The notes below the pieces were generated by a model. The model was given only the letters and a program-made list of their open reading frames with translations, searched no databases and had not been told where the DNA came from. The position numbers were made by a program, and so were the translations under genes. A DNA stretch of 64,000 bases, taken from assembly GCA_963771075.1 (NCBI GenBank), contig CAVYSE010000006.1:64001-128000 (forward strand). The letters run 5' to 3'. This DNA is from a candidate division FCPU426 bacterium (GTDB lineage: Bacteria > Oederibacteriota > Muellerivitia > Muellerivitales > Muellerivitaceae). This document shows, piece by piece, positions 21,176 through 29,840 of the stretch. Numbering within the stretch: the stretch's first letter is position 1; the number at the start of each line of letters is the position of its first letter.

Positions 21176-21661
21176 TTAATTTTGCAGGGACCAATGGGGT
21201 ATGCGGATGGAGTCCCAAAGTTTGATGGGTTTGGTCTTGGGCGCGCTCTTTAATGTGGCGCTCACTGTGGGGAAACTCGTGATGGAACGGCCAAGGTCCA
21301 GGGCTTCGAAGGATTCCAAGACTGAACCTAGCTCGGCGGTGACCCGGTTTTTCCGGTTTGACCGGGCCGGGCCCGGGGCTTCGACAGTCCCATTTAAACC
21401 GGTCAGGATGAATTGGCCTCCCAATTTTTTTACCTGTTGATGGGCAAAAAGGATCAAACCCCATCCGGAAGCGCAAACAGAAGGGCAATGGGTCAGGTCA
21501 AGGATGAGGGTACCCGAGCCGTATTTGGCGATATAAGTTCCCAAACGCTCGGCCATATCGGGAAGCGAAGGGCTTTCCAACGGACTCTTGAGGCGTAGGA
21601 GATATCCTTCCTCAAGTTTTTGGGGTTCCAACACCAGTTCGAGAGTTTGAAATCGTGCCAT
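21176..21661 (-). CDS. STAS domain (anti-sigma factor antagonist-like) protein
   Basis: LILDLTHCPSVCASGWGLIL...GGQFILTGLN; AAGGAGG RBS before ATG 21661. Confidence 0.75.
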   Translation of the reverse strand: MARFQTLELVLEPQKLEEGYLLRLKSPLESPSLPDMAERLGTYIAKYGSGTLILDLTHCPSVCASGWGLILFAHQQVKKLGGQFILTGLNGTVEAPGPARSNRKNRVTAELGSVLESFEALDLGRSITSFPTVSATLKSAPKTKPIKLWDSIRIPHWSLQN

Positions 21662-21702
21662 GTCGGCCTCCTTCACTTTTTGTGTTCCGGTCTTCTCTAT
21701 TC

Positions 21703-21823
21703 GCATAGGTCGTGCCAAGGGTTGGAATTGAAAAGCGACACAATCGGGCCGATGCTTTGGGGACCTTAACCGAAGTTATACATTTTTGTCGTTGCCGCAA
21801 AGGAGTTCCTGACATTCTTGTCG
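21703..21823 (-). promoter_or_regulatory. Sigma-54 promoter plus two upstream enhancer-like sites
   Basis: TTGGCACGACCTATGC on - strand (21718-21703); ACATTTTTGTCG 21780-21791 and GACATTCTTGTCG 21811-21823. Confidence 0.65.
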
Positions 21824-21880
21824 TTTAAAGGTTCCGCCTTGGAAGCCATATATTGTTAAAATGCGGGGGTTTAGTCCTGG

Positions 21881-21957
21881 GTGCCCATAGCTCAATTGGA
21901 TAGAGCTTCTGACTTCGGATCAGAAGGTTGCAGGTTCAAGTCCTGCTGGGCATACCA
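21881..21957 (+). tRNA. tRNA-Arg (anticodon TCG)
   Basis: Cloverleaf GTGCCCA...TGGGCAT-ACCA; anticodon arm TCTGA-CTTCGGA-TCAGA; GGTTCAAGTCC T-arm. Confidence 0.97.
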
Positions 21958-22138
21958 TTTTTTAATACCATTCAATGGGTGGGTCTAGTGCCAGACGAAT
22001 TTTCCGGCCTGGGCGTTCCATTTTTAAGGTCCAGAGTCCCTATCGCGCGAAGGGCCGCGTCCCACGGAAAAGGCTCGTCTAAGAACACGGCCTAATACGC
22101 CCACTCGATCAAAAGTTCAGAATTGTTGGAGATCCTCC

Positions 22139-23239
22139 ATGACAAAGATCAGACGATGGGTTGTTTGGAAACTCCTACCTGGCTCTTTTGTTTTTGCTTC
22201 ATTCGTTCTCTCGCTATTGCTTTCAAAGGACGTGCATTCGCAAACACCATTGCCTGAACAAGATAAATATGTTTTCAAACATTACATGTTGATTCCTTGG
22301 GGCGAGGGTAAAGGGAAGCTTACTTTAAGACTTGATCAAGAGAAGATTCATTTGCCTTCCCCTGACACGCCCAAATGGGCGTTAGAAAAAAACAAGGCAT
22401 ACTACAACGCGACTGTAACAAGGCAATTTGCTCCCTCAACATTTAAGCTGGACGATGAGGGAAATGTATATATCCCAGATTACTTGGCTAAACCACCAGT
22501 TCTTAAAAAATTCGACATGAAAGGGAACGAGGCCGCTAGTATTGAGATTAATCCCAGGGAAAAGTTGTATTTTTTTTTATTTTGGATTCAGGATGACAAA
22601 ATCATTCTTAAAAATGGTATAGCTCATGAAGTGGAATATTTAAGACGGAGTGACCTCTCTGTATTGAAGAAATTCTCAATTCCGAAAGAATATGATATGA
22701 CTTTTTCAAAAGCAATAAACGGCGTTCTCCTCAAACGAACTGGGGTGGAACCCAATAAACCATCGGTTTTTGTCTTTGATGAGGAAGAAAGAAAAGCAAA
22801 CCCTGCCGCCGAGAATGATTATTTATATGACTTCAGTGATGGCAAGCATATCGGGTTAAATTTGGGACAAATGGAGATTTTGAATTTATCCTCGAAAGTC
22901 AAAGAGTGGACAAATGAAAAAATTTGGGACTGGAATTCTGAATATCAGGATAAATTTGGAAATATTTTCCTAACTGCAACAACCGATATTGAGCATTGGC
23001 CTGCAGTGCATTGGAATGAAAACAAAAAAGGTATTTATGAAACGACTATATTTAAAACCGATAAATCCGGGTCATTGCTTCTTACCATGAAGATAAAATT
23101 GCCAACCTTAGGAGAATTGGACCCAGGAATACACAAGCTTGCCTTTGTTTTTGATAAAAATGGAAATATTTATTATTGCTGGAGTGGTAAAGATGGGTTC
23201 CATATTGATGAATACCAATATTTAAATGAAAAAGAATAA
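22139..23239 (+). CDS. AT-rich secreted hypothetical protein, probably beta-propeller (NHL-like)
   Basis: Signal peptide; repeated D-x-x-GN-[VI]-[YF] motifs; clearly more AT-rich than flanks. Confidence 0.75.
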   Translation: MTKIRRWVVWKLLPGSFVFASFVLSLLLSKDVHSQTPLPEQDKYVFKHYMLIPWGEGKGKLTLRLDQEKIHLPSPDTPKWALEKNKAYYNATVTRQFAPSTFKLDDEGNVYIPDYLAKPPVLKKFDMKGNEAASIEINPREKLYFFLFWIQDDKIILKNGIAHEVEYLRRSDLSVLKKFSIPKEYDMTFSKAINGVLLKRTGVEPNKPSVFVFDEEERKANPAAENDYLYDFSDGKHIGLNLGQMEILNLSSKVKEWTNEKIWDWNSEYQDKFGNIFLTATTDIEHWPAVHWNENKKGIYETTIFKTDKSGSLLLTMKIKLPTLGELDPGIHKLAFVFDKNGNIYYCWSGKDGFHIDEYQYLNEKE

Positions 23240-23378
23240 TAGAGCATTTGTTTATAGTAGTCCCTTTGGAGTTCCCCCAATATTCGATCCAAGTTTAGAC
23301 CTGTTTTTCAGAAGACTCCCCTTATTGTCCACGCTGGGTCCCCAGCGTGGACACCTAAAAATACTTCAAAGAAAAAAG

Positions 23379-23738
23379 TCAGAAACTCACTGTCATATCC
23401 ACGGTTTTAATCAAATCTTCCGGCTTCGCTCCAAGTGCCTTTGCAAGCCCGGTAATTACGTCCAAGGTTGGATTATATCCGCTGTTTACATTCTCAATAT
23501 TCTGGATGGTCCGGCTGGTAACCCCGGAACGTTCCGCAAGCTCTACCTGGGTAAACCCGTGTTTATTCCGCAAGTTCAAGATGTTCCATGCAAGATTGAT
23601 GTGGGGGTCCGGGTGTTTCAAAGCGGCGTAAATATCAGGGCGTTTCTTTTTCAGGATTTGGGCGTGCTCTTGAAGCGACACCCCCGGCAATTCCGTCTTT
23701 TTAGTTGCTGGCTGTTTCATTTCAACCCTCTCCTTCAA
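23379..23738 (-). CDS. XRE-family HTH protein, putative antitoxin
   Basis: LRNKHGFTQVELAERSGVTSRTIQNIEN...NPTLDVITGLAKAL. Confidence 0.9.
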   Translation of the reverse strand: MKERVEMKQPATKKTELPGVSLQEHAQILKKKRPDIYAALKHPDPHINLAWNILNLRNKHGFTQVELAERSGVTSRTIQNIENVNSGYNPTLDVITGLAKALGAKPEDLIKTVDMTVSF

Positions 23739-24027
23739 GTGCTTTAAGTTCTTCGATGTATTTCTGTAAAGCCTGCTTTTCCTTTTCCCTCGGCTCCCCG
23801 CCCCTTTGAATGTGGGCCGTTAAGACAAAAAGGGCGTTGAGTTTGAGGGACAGGTAATAATTAACGACAAGAACCCGGTCCGGCCCCTTAATAACCTTCT
23901 CAAAATGCCGGGTACGGTCTTTCTCAAAGGCCAGGGCTAACGCTTGAACCCTGAAAAGGCCGTATTCCTTGCCCGTCATCACAGAGTCTGCAAACTCCTG
24001 GAAAAACCCCATCAACTTGATTTGCAT
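23722..24027 (-). CDS. Divergent RelE/HigB-like toxin
   Basis: About 100 aa, upstream of and overlapping the XRE gene; RVLVVNYY...LFVLTAH...EKQALQKYIEEL. Confidence 0.55.
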   Translation of the reverse strand: MQIKLMGFFQEFADSVMTGKEYGLFRVQALALAFEKDRTRHFEKVIKGPDRVLVVNYYLSLKLNALFVLTAHIQRGGEPREKEKQALQKYIEELKALEGEG

Positions 24028-24041
24028 CTAATCCTCCAAGA

Positions 24042-24070
24042 AGTATACGAAATATATTTCGTGTTGTCAA
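24042..24070 (-). promoter_or_regulatory. Sigma-70 promoter with palindromic operator for the TA operon
   Basis: TTGACA-17 nt-TATACT on - strand; perfect palindrome ACGAAATATATTTCGT 24047-24062. Confidence 0.85.
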
Positions 24071-24217
24071 ACCAACCCCAAACCCTAATTAACACCATCC
24101 TAAACCCACACACCATCCGGGATGGTGATATCAGCGATCGAAATGAAAGCGATTCTGGCTTGAGTCCACAAGCCTAGATGCCTATGTTTTTCTGCGAGCT
24201 GCGGACTGTCGACTTCT

Positions 24218-26803
24218 TTAAGGAACCAATAATTGGTACAACCGCCTTTCAGGGTTGGGGGTCTCGTCCGATTGGAAATCCTCGGACCTTCTCGCTTTAT
24301 CCCAATCCTGGGGCGTCACGACGTAAAGGTTGTGTTTCCCGGGCGCGAGGCCTTGAAGGCCCGCCTCCAGTTTTTCCCGGTTAAGCTGTGCGTCGGCGTC
24401 ATAATCCACTCCCCAAATTCTAAACCCGAAGGGTTCTGATCCTGTAGCGTGGCCGAAGGCCTCTGCTACAGGGCTGTTGTCCCACATCACCGCCGGCCTG
24501 CCTTGGTCATCCAGCCGGACGCCCTGGTTGATATAGGGCACACCGCCGATAGGTACGCCGTGCCCGCCCTGCGCTTTTTGGATGAAAAATTCCATGGCCG
24601 AAACCAGGTGCTCCATGGTCTGCGCGCCGGCGCATTGCACCATGAAGGGCTTTTTCAGGCTGGACGCCACCACGCCGCAATAGTAGGAAGTCCCCGGGTG
24701 GTCCGACACCGTTTCGATTTTGGAGCAATGGATGGCCCGGACGTCTTCCCAAAAGAACGCGGTTTTCGCCGGGCTGGCGCCCACCCCCAGGAAATTGCCC
24801 GCCAGGTTTCCCAGCGCGTCCCCCGGCAGGTTCAGGGTGAGCCCCGTGGCGCCCACTTGGACCGACTGGATCTGTTTCTTGTCGTGCCCCTGCACGAGGA
24901 TGTATTTGTCCGGGTCCGCCAGGTCTTGCAGGCGTCCCGTGGCCATGCCCTCGCCCATGGCGCTATCCACCGTGACCGGGCAATCCACGATCCGGCAGGG
25001 CTGGCGGAAAACAGCTAATTCCGCATCGAGTATGTCCCTATCTTCATCGGTGGCTGACCAGGGTTTGGAAGGAATGTAAGTAGAAAGGGTAGTAGTCGAC
25101 GGTCGACGGTCCACAGTCGACAGGGAAACCTTGGACGGTCGTCGACGGTCGGTAGCCTGCCCTGAGCCCCGTCGAAGGGTTGGCAGTGAGGCTTTAGGGG
25201 TTGATTGAATCGGAGAAGGCACCGATGGGGCCGGTGTCGTTTGGGCGGGCGCGCTCACGGTTGGGAGCCCTGAAGGGAGGGTGACATGCAACACCCCCAT
25301 CCACCAGCCCCGGAACAACCAGGCCACGACCAGGACAGCCGCTACCCCGAACAGGACACCCCTCGGGGGGCGGGCGGTTTCGTATAACAGCCAAAGGAGA
25401 GTCCCCCCAAGAATCAAGGCCGTTACCGGCTCATGAAGGGCTTGGCCCGCCAACCCCAGGATGACCTGCCCAAAAAGCAGGTGAACCAGGTAACCTGTCA
25501 AGTGGTCGAACCAGGCCCTAGTGAAGGTCAGTAAATGCCCCACCAGGAACCCGGTCACGGCTATGACGCCCAAATAAGAAAACGGGAGCATAAGCAGGTA
25601 AAGCCCCCAATGCCTGGCGAGAAGAATCAGGCTGACACCCGATCCACTATGGGAATGTGAAGAGTGGGAACCGCCGGGGTGGCCCACGGGAACCATCTTG
25701 TTCGCCAGGTACTTGCAAGGGCGATGGGGCAGGGTTAAAAATTTCCAAAAAAGCTTGAAGGCTTCTTTGCCCGATTTGGGGGCCAATTTGGCGATGTTTG
25801 GGCCCAAACCCGCGATTACCCCCAATACCCACGTATTGAATTTCGTCAAAAGGCCGGTCTTTGCCTTCTGGTCAACTTCTCCCGGCTTATCCGGGGTGAC
25901 GGCTGTAATGGTTTCCGCCGGCGTTCCCCCATCACCAGGACCACCCCCTGGGCCGGGACCACCCCCTGGGCCGGGACCACCCTTAGGGGGCCCCTTCTTT
26001 TTTGAGGGTTTCACAACCGGCTTGTAATCCTCCGGGGCGCCCCCCGCCTGGATATGGGCCACCAGGCCTTTGACCTGGGGTTCGGTGAATTGGCGGTCGA
26101 TAACGACCGGGAGGGCCTTATCGATGTCTTCCGGGTCGCTCAGGTCGTTCAAACGGTAGATTGGGTCCTTATCAATTTTCAGGGTTTTTTGAGGATTCTT
26201 GCAAATTGCAAGAATTTCATTAATCGCCTTATTTTTGATACGTGGGATAAATTGCAATGCATGGCTCACCGCCCGGGTATCCGCCTCAAATAAATCAGCG
26301 ATTTCCTGGTTTTTGATGTTTGGGATGATCTTTTTCAACTCAACCATCGCCAGATAGTCCTCGAACCAGCCTGGCTTGAACCCCCGGTTACCCTTGATGG
26401 ATTCCTGGTAGGCCTCGTCGGGGGTCAGGTTCTTGATATAGGCGTCAATTTCCTTATCCCCGTTCTTCAGGGCCGCCCGGTAGCGGATTTCCCCATCCAC
26501 AATCTCATACAAGATGTTCTTATCCGGTTCCACCTGGGCTGAAGCCACTAACTGAGGCCCAAGGTTAGGTTGTGTCGGTTCCAAAGATGAACCGGCGTCC
26601 ACCTTCTCCTGGTCGGTCAGGGGGCGGAGGATAATGGGGTTGGCCGGACCCTTGCCGGCCATGCTGGCCCGCCTGGCCTCGACCATGTCTTCCAGGATGA
26701 TCTTCCGGGTGTTGCGTTTGCTGGGGCGGATTTGGGACAGGGGGACCCGTCGCAAGGATGAAGAAGTCTGGGGTATTGCCTGGTTAGATAATTCATCGGC
26801 CAT
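24218..26803 (-). CDS. ParB/Srx N-terminal domain protein fused to a multi-TM region and a large C-terminal domain
   Basis: VPLSQIRPSKRNTR, PIILRP, YEIVDGEIRYRAA, HTH-like NQEIADLF; about 4 hydrophobic helices; GGAGG RBS. Confidence 0.8.
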   Translation of the reverse strand: MADELSNQAIPQTSSSLRRVPLSQIRPSKRNTRKIILEDMVEARRASMAGKGPANPIILRPLTDQEKVDAGSSLEPTQPNLGPQLVASAQVEPDKNILYEIVDGEIRYRAALKNGDKEIDAYIKNLTPDEAYQESIKGNRGFKPGWFEDYLAMVELKKIIPNIKNQEIADLFEADTRAVSHALQFIPRIKNKAINEILAICKNPQKTLKIDKDPIYRLNDLSDPEDIDKALPVVIDRQFTEPQVKGLVAHIQAGGAPEDYKPVVKPSKKKGPPKGGPGPGGGPGPGGGPGDGGTPAETITAVTPDKPGEVDQKAKTGLLTKFNTWVLGVIAGLGPNIAKLAPKSGKEAFKLFWKFLTLPHRPCKYLANKMVPVGHPGGSHSSHSHSGSGVSLILLARHWGLYLLMLPFSYLGVIAVTGFLVGHLLTFTRAWFDHLTGYLVHLLFGQVILGLAGQALHEPVTALILGGTLLWLLYETARPPRGVLFGVAAVLVVAWLFRGWWMGVLHVTLPSGLPTVSAPAQTTPAPSVPSPIQSTPKASLPTLRRGSGQATDRRRPSKVSLSTVDRRPSTTTLSTYIPSKPWSATDEDRDILDAELAVFRQPCRIVDCPVTVDSAMGEGMATGRLQDLADPDKYILVQGHDKKQIQSVQVGATGLTLNLPGDALGNLAGNFLGVGASPAKTAFFWEDVRAIHCSKIETVSDHPGTSYYCGVVASSLKKPFMVQCAGAQTMEHLVSAMEFFIQKAQGGHGVPIGGVPYINQGVRLDDQGRPAVMWDNSPVAEAFGHATGSEPFGFRIWGVDYDADAQLNREKLEAGLQGLAPGKHNLYVVTPQDWDKARRSEDFQSDETPNPERRLYQLLVP
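25095..25179. repeat. In-frame heptamer repeats plus palindromic-repeat remnant
   Basis: GTCGACG-GTCGACG-GTCCACA-GTCGACA and GCCTGCCCTGAGCCCCGTCGAAGGG. Confidence 0.65.
25938..25982. repeat. 18-bp tandem repeat (2.5 copies) encoding GPGPGG
   Basis: Unit GGACCACCCCCTGGGCCG. Confidence 0.9.
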
Positions 26804-27326
26804 AGCGGACCTCCAAAAATTAATATGCGTGGTAGATGGCCTTAGTAAACACCCTGAGGGAATTGAAGAAAAATAAAAAATGAAAGGGGGTGTATTTTTT
26901 TAGGCTGGCGGGCTGGTTGAACCTTTCAATCGGACAAAAAGACAACAGATTTTCGAGATATTCTTGAAGAGCGCTAGGGGTATTCAAGGAGTAGGATAAT
27001 AAAAGGTCGGCAATCGAAAGATGCGTGAATTTTTAATAATTGATGGCTGACCCCATACACACATAAGCCAAAGAGAGATAGGGGTATATTTTGGGAAAAA
27101 TCAAAGCGCAGTCAGCCAGGCCATTTGGGAATATATCCCTGGACCAGCCACCAACAATATTTGGGCCGAGAGAATAAGCCATTGGCGAAAGTCAAAGGGG
27201 CCAGGCTGGCCTCTTTGTTCATTAGGGAAGGATACTCTTTACTATATTAATAACGGACAACCCAGCGGCCAAATTATCGGAGGGTCGGGCTAGCGGCGGT
27301 TCCTTTCACGGTCACCGGGTTCCCGT

Positions 27327-28385
27327 TCACCCGGCATACCGGTTTTTGTAATTCTCGTAAAGCCGCACCATGTTCCGGAGGCACATGGCGATAGTCATGG
27401 GCCCCACCCTCGGCACATAGACCCCGGCCTTGACCTTGGCGCTGTCCTCGAAGTTCTGGTAATAGGAAAAGTTCAGGCAGATGGCCCCTTCCTTGATTTC
27501 CTCGCCCCGGATCTTCACGAACTCGCGGGACGGAACTCCCGTCACCACCAAGTCTGCGGCGTGTAAAGCCTCCTCCCTCCGAATGGATGAACCGGGTGCA
27601 TGGCCCCCGAATCGGATGCCACCATCGATGTCGAAGGAATAGACCTCCGCGCCGTCGTTGGCGAGCATATAGGCCAAGGGTTTCCCAACCAGGTAAGAAC
27701 GGTTGAAAACAGCCACCCTCACGCCCTTAAAGGACTTGACGGGCGAGACGTCGGGCGCGAGACCGACGAAATCCAGCATCTTCAGGATGGCCAGGGGTGT
27801 ACAAGGAAGGATGGCCTGCTTTGTCTTTTTCGCGTCCACGAAACGGATGTTTTTATACAGGCGGTTCATCCAGAAGGGGGAAAGCCCCTCGATGTCCTTG
27901 TGGGGCGAGACCAGGGACTTGAGGTGGCTGTCGTGGGGTTCTCCCTGGATGGGATAGAACACGAAAATACCGTGGACGTTCGTGTCGGCGTTGGCTTTTT
28001 CGATGGTCCGCCTCACCACCCGGGGGGAAAGCACCCTCAAGTCGAGGGTGATGCCGACTTCCTTGCAGGCGTAGATAAGGTATTGGGCGTAGACCTGGGA
28101 AGCCTTGTCCCCGGTGGCGAGGATTCCCAGGATGCGCAGTTTCAGGCCGTGGCGCCCGATGTAGATCCTCAAACGGGTTCGGAAATAGCGGGCCAAGTCA
28201 TCGGGCTTTTGTTCGCGCCAGGCCTTGGGTTCCAGGTTAGCCCGGGGAATCGCGTATTCGGCGCCGAATTTCTCAGCGTTCCATTTTCCCCGCGCGCAAA
28301 GGGAAGCGACCCTCTTCCGGGAGGTTCCCAGTTTTTGGGCGGCCTCCAGCGTGGTGAAATATTCGTTCGAAAGGGTTTGAATCAT
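27327..28385 (-). CDS. HTH (excisionase-like) fused to Mtd1-type methylenetetrahydrofolate dehydrogenase (FolD family)
   Basis: YFTTLEAAQKLGTSRKRVASLCARG; then VHGIFVFYP, KDIEGL, ILPCTPLAILK, NRSYLVGKPLAYMLANDGA, VPRVGPMTIAMCLRN. Confidence 0.88.
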   Translation of the reverse strand: MIQTLSNEYFTTLEAAQKLGTSRKRVASLCARGKWNAEKFGAEYAIPRANLEPKAWREQKPDDLARYFRTRLRIYIGRHGLKLRILGILATGDKASQVYAQYLIYACKEVGITLDLRVLSPRVVRRTIEKANADTNVHGIFVFYPIQGEPHDSHLKSLVSPHKDIEGLSPFWMNRLYKNIRFVDAKKTKQAILPCTPLAILKMLDFVGLAPDVSPVKSFKGVRVAVFNRSYLVGKPLAYMLANDGAEVYSFDIDGGIRFGGHAPGSSIRREEALHAADLVVTGVPSREFVKIRGEEIKEGAICLNFSYYQNFEDSAKVKAGVYVPRVGPMTIAMCLRNMVRLYENYKNRYAG

Positions 28386-28514
28386 GGTTCGCTCCTGAAA
28401 AAGTTGAAAGGCCGGAATGGAATCTGCGCCCCGAAAGATACCTATATAACCGGTAAGGGGAAGCCTGTGCGGAAAATATAACGGACCTGACGGTTTGGGA
28501 TGGGGGGGCCGGGG

Positions 28515-29183
28515 TTAAAAAGTTGGCTTTTCACCATAGGGCCTGGCCCTGATCTTGTGCAATACGCCGTTTTTCGCCGCGCCGACCATCATTCCAAAAT
28601 TGCCCAAGGCGAAATAAAGCCAGGAGGGGATCGCCGGTTTGCGGATGCCCTGAATCGCGGATTGGGGCAAGTCTTCGCCCGCCGCCAGCGAAGCCGCTGA
28701 TTGGTCGAAGGCGCGGAGAATGTGCCGGGCCGCGCCACCCTGTTGTTTCAATGGCTTACCCGAAAACATTCCGCCGCCGCCGATCCCCAAGCCGCCGGCC
28801 CAATGGGAGCCAATCTCGCGGGTGAATAAACGGCAGATATCCAGGCCGGTATCGGTGTGATCGGCCTCGAAGAACCCGCAATTGACCACCCCGAAAATCC
28901 GTTTCGGAGCAACAGGGGCGAGGCTCAGGCGTTCCAGGGTGGCGGTCAATTCGGCGGGAAGGCCATCCACGTATAATGGCGTGATGATGCCGACCACGTC
29001 CGCTTCCCGGAAAGCCGATTCCAGGACCGGCCACTTCTCGCATTGGCGCACGGCTTGGCAGGCGGTTTGATTTTGGGTTTGCCAACCCCAGGAAACGAAG
29101 GCTTCCACCAAGTAATCCGCAAAATATCCGGAGGTGCTGTTGGGGCGGGGACTGCCAACCAGGGCGAGGAATTTTTTTCTCAT
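28515..29183 (-). CDS. Flavodoxin-fold NAD(P)H-dependent oxidoreductase
   Basis: LVGSPR, TPLYVDGLPA, NCGFFE. Confidence 0.88.
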   Translation of the reverse strand: MRKKFLALVGSPRPNSTSGYFADYLVEAFVSWGWQTQNQTACQAVRQCEKWPVLESAFREADVVGIITPLYVDGLPAELTATLERLSLAPVAPKRIFGVVNCGFFEADHTDTGLDICRLFTREIGSHWAGGLGIGGGGMFSGKPLKQQGGAARHILRAFDQSAASLAAGEDLPQSAIQGIRKPAIPSWLYFALGNFGMMVGAAKNGVLHKIRARPYGEKPTF

Positions 29184-29773
29184 GAACGCCCCTCCAGTTG
29201 GTCGGCCAGTTGTTCCACTTGCGCTTCCCGTTCTTCCGGCGAAAGATCCTTATGCAATACCGCGCTCCCCGAAAAGGGCGCGTGCATGTTGAGGGCGTTG
29301 CGCGCGGCGATTCGACCAAAAACCTTGGCGCTTTCCTCATCTCTTTTTTCCTGCCAACCCAGGGCCAGGAAAGAATGCGGGGGCTTGTAGCGCAGTTGAT
29401 GGCGCATTTCACCTTGGTATTTCTCGAAAAGAGGGGAAATGGTGGGGATGATGCGATCCACCGCCATTTTCAACCGGCTGGAATATCCGCCGAAGGTCAC
29501 GGGGGAAAGAAATACGAGGGCGTTGCAATGGGCGATGGCTTCATCCACCTGCCGCCCATCATCGTTTTGCGCGCAAATACCCGGGGTTTTCACCCAGCAG
29601 TTAAAGCAACCGATACAGGGGGCGATCTTCATCCCGGCGATATCCAGGGTTTCGGTCCTCCATCCACGCTGTTGGAGCGTTTGGGTGAGCATATGGTAAA
29701 GTTGGAGGCCGAGGGTGTCATTGCTTTGGGTGGAATGTAAAAGAAGAGCCTTCATGGCCGGGCCTTGATGCAT
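29180..29773 (-). CDS. Iron-sulfur flavoprotein / flavodoxin family protein
   Basis: PCIGCFNCWVKTPGICAQNDD, SPVTFGGYS; start may be ATG 29755. Confidence 0.9.
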   Translation of the reverse strand: MHQGPAMKALLLHSTQSNDTLGLQLYHMLTQTLQQRGWRTETLDIAGMKIAPCIGCFNCWVKTPGICAQNDDGRQVDEAIAHCNALVFLSPVTFGGYSSRLKMAVDRIIPTISPLFEKYQGEMRHQLRYKPPHSFLALGWQEKRDEESAKVFGRIAARNALNMHAPFSGSAVLHKDLSPEEREAQVEQLADQLEGRS

Positions 29774-29840
29774 GTGAATTTTTGAATGGGCGGGAGAAAG
29801 AAGCTTTGGCCCGCCTATGTTTGATTCAATCTTTAAAAAT

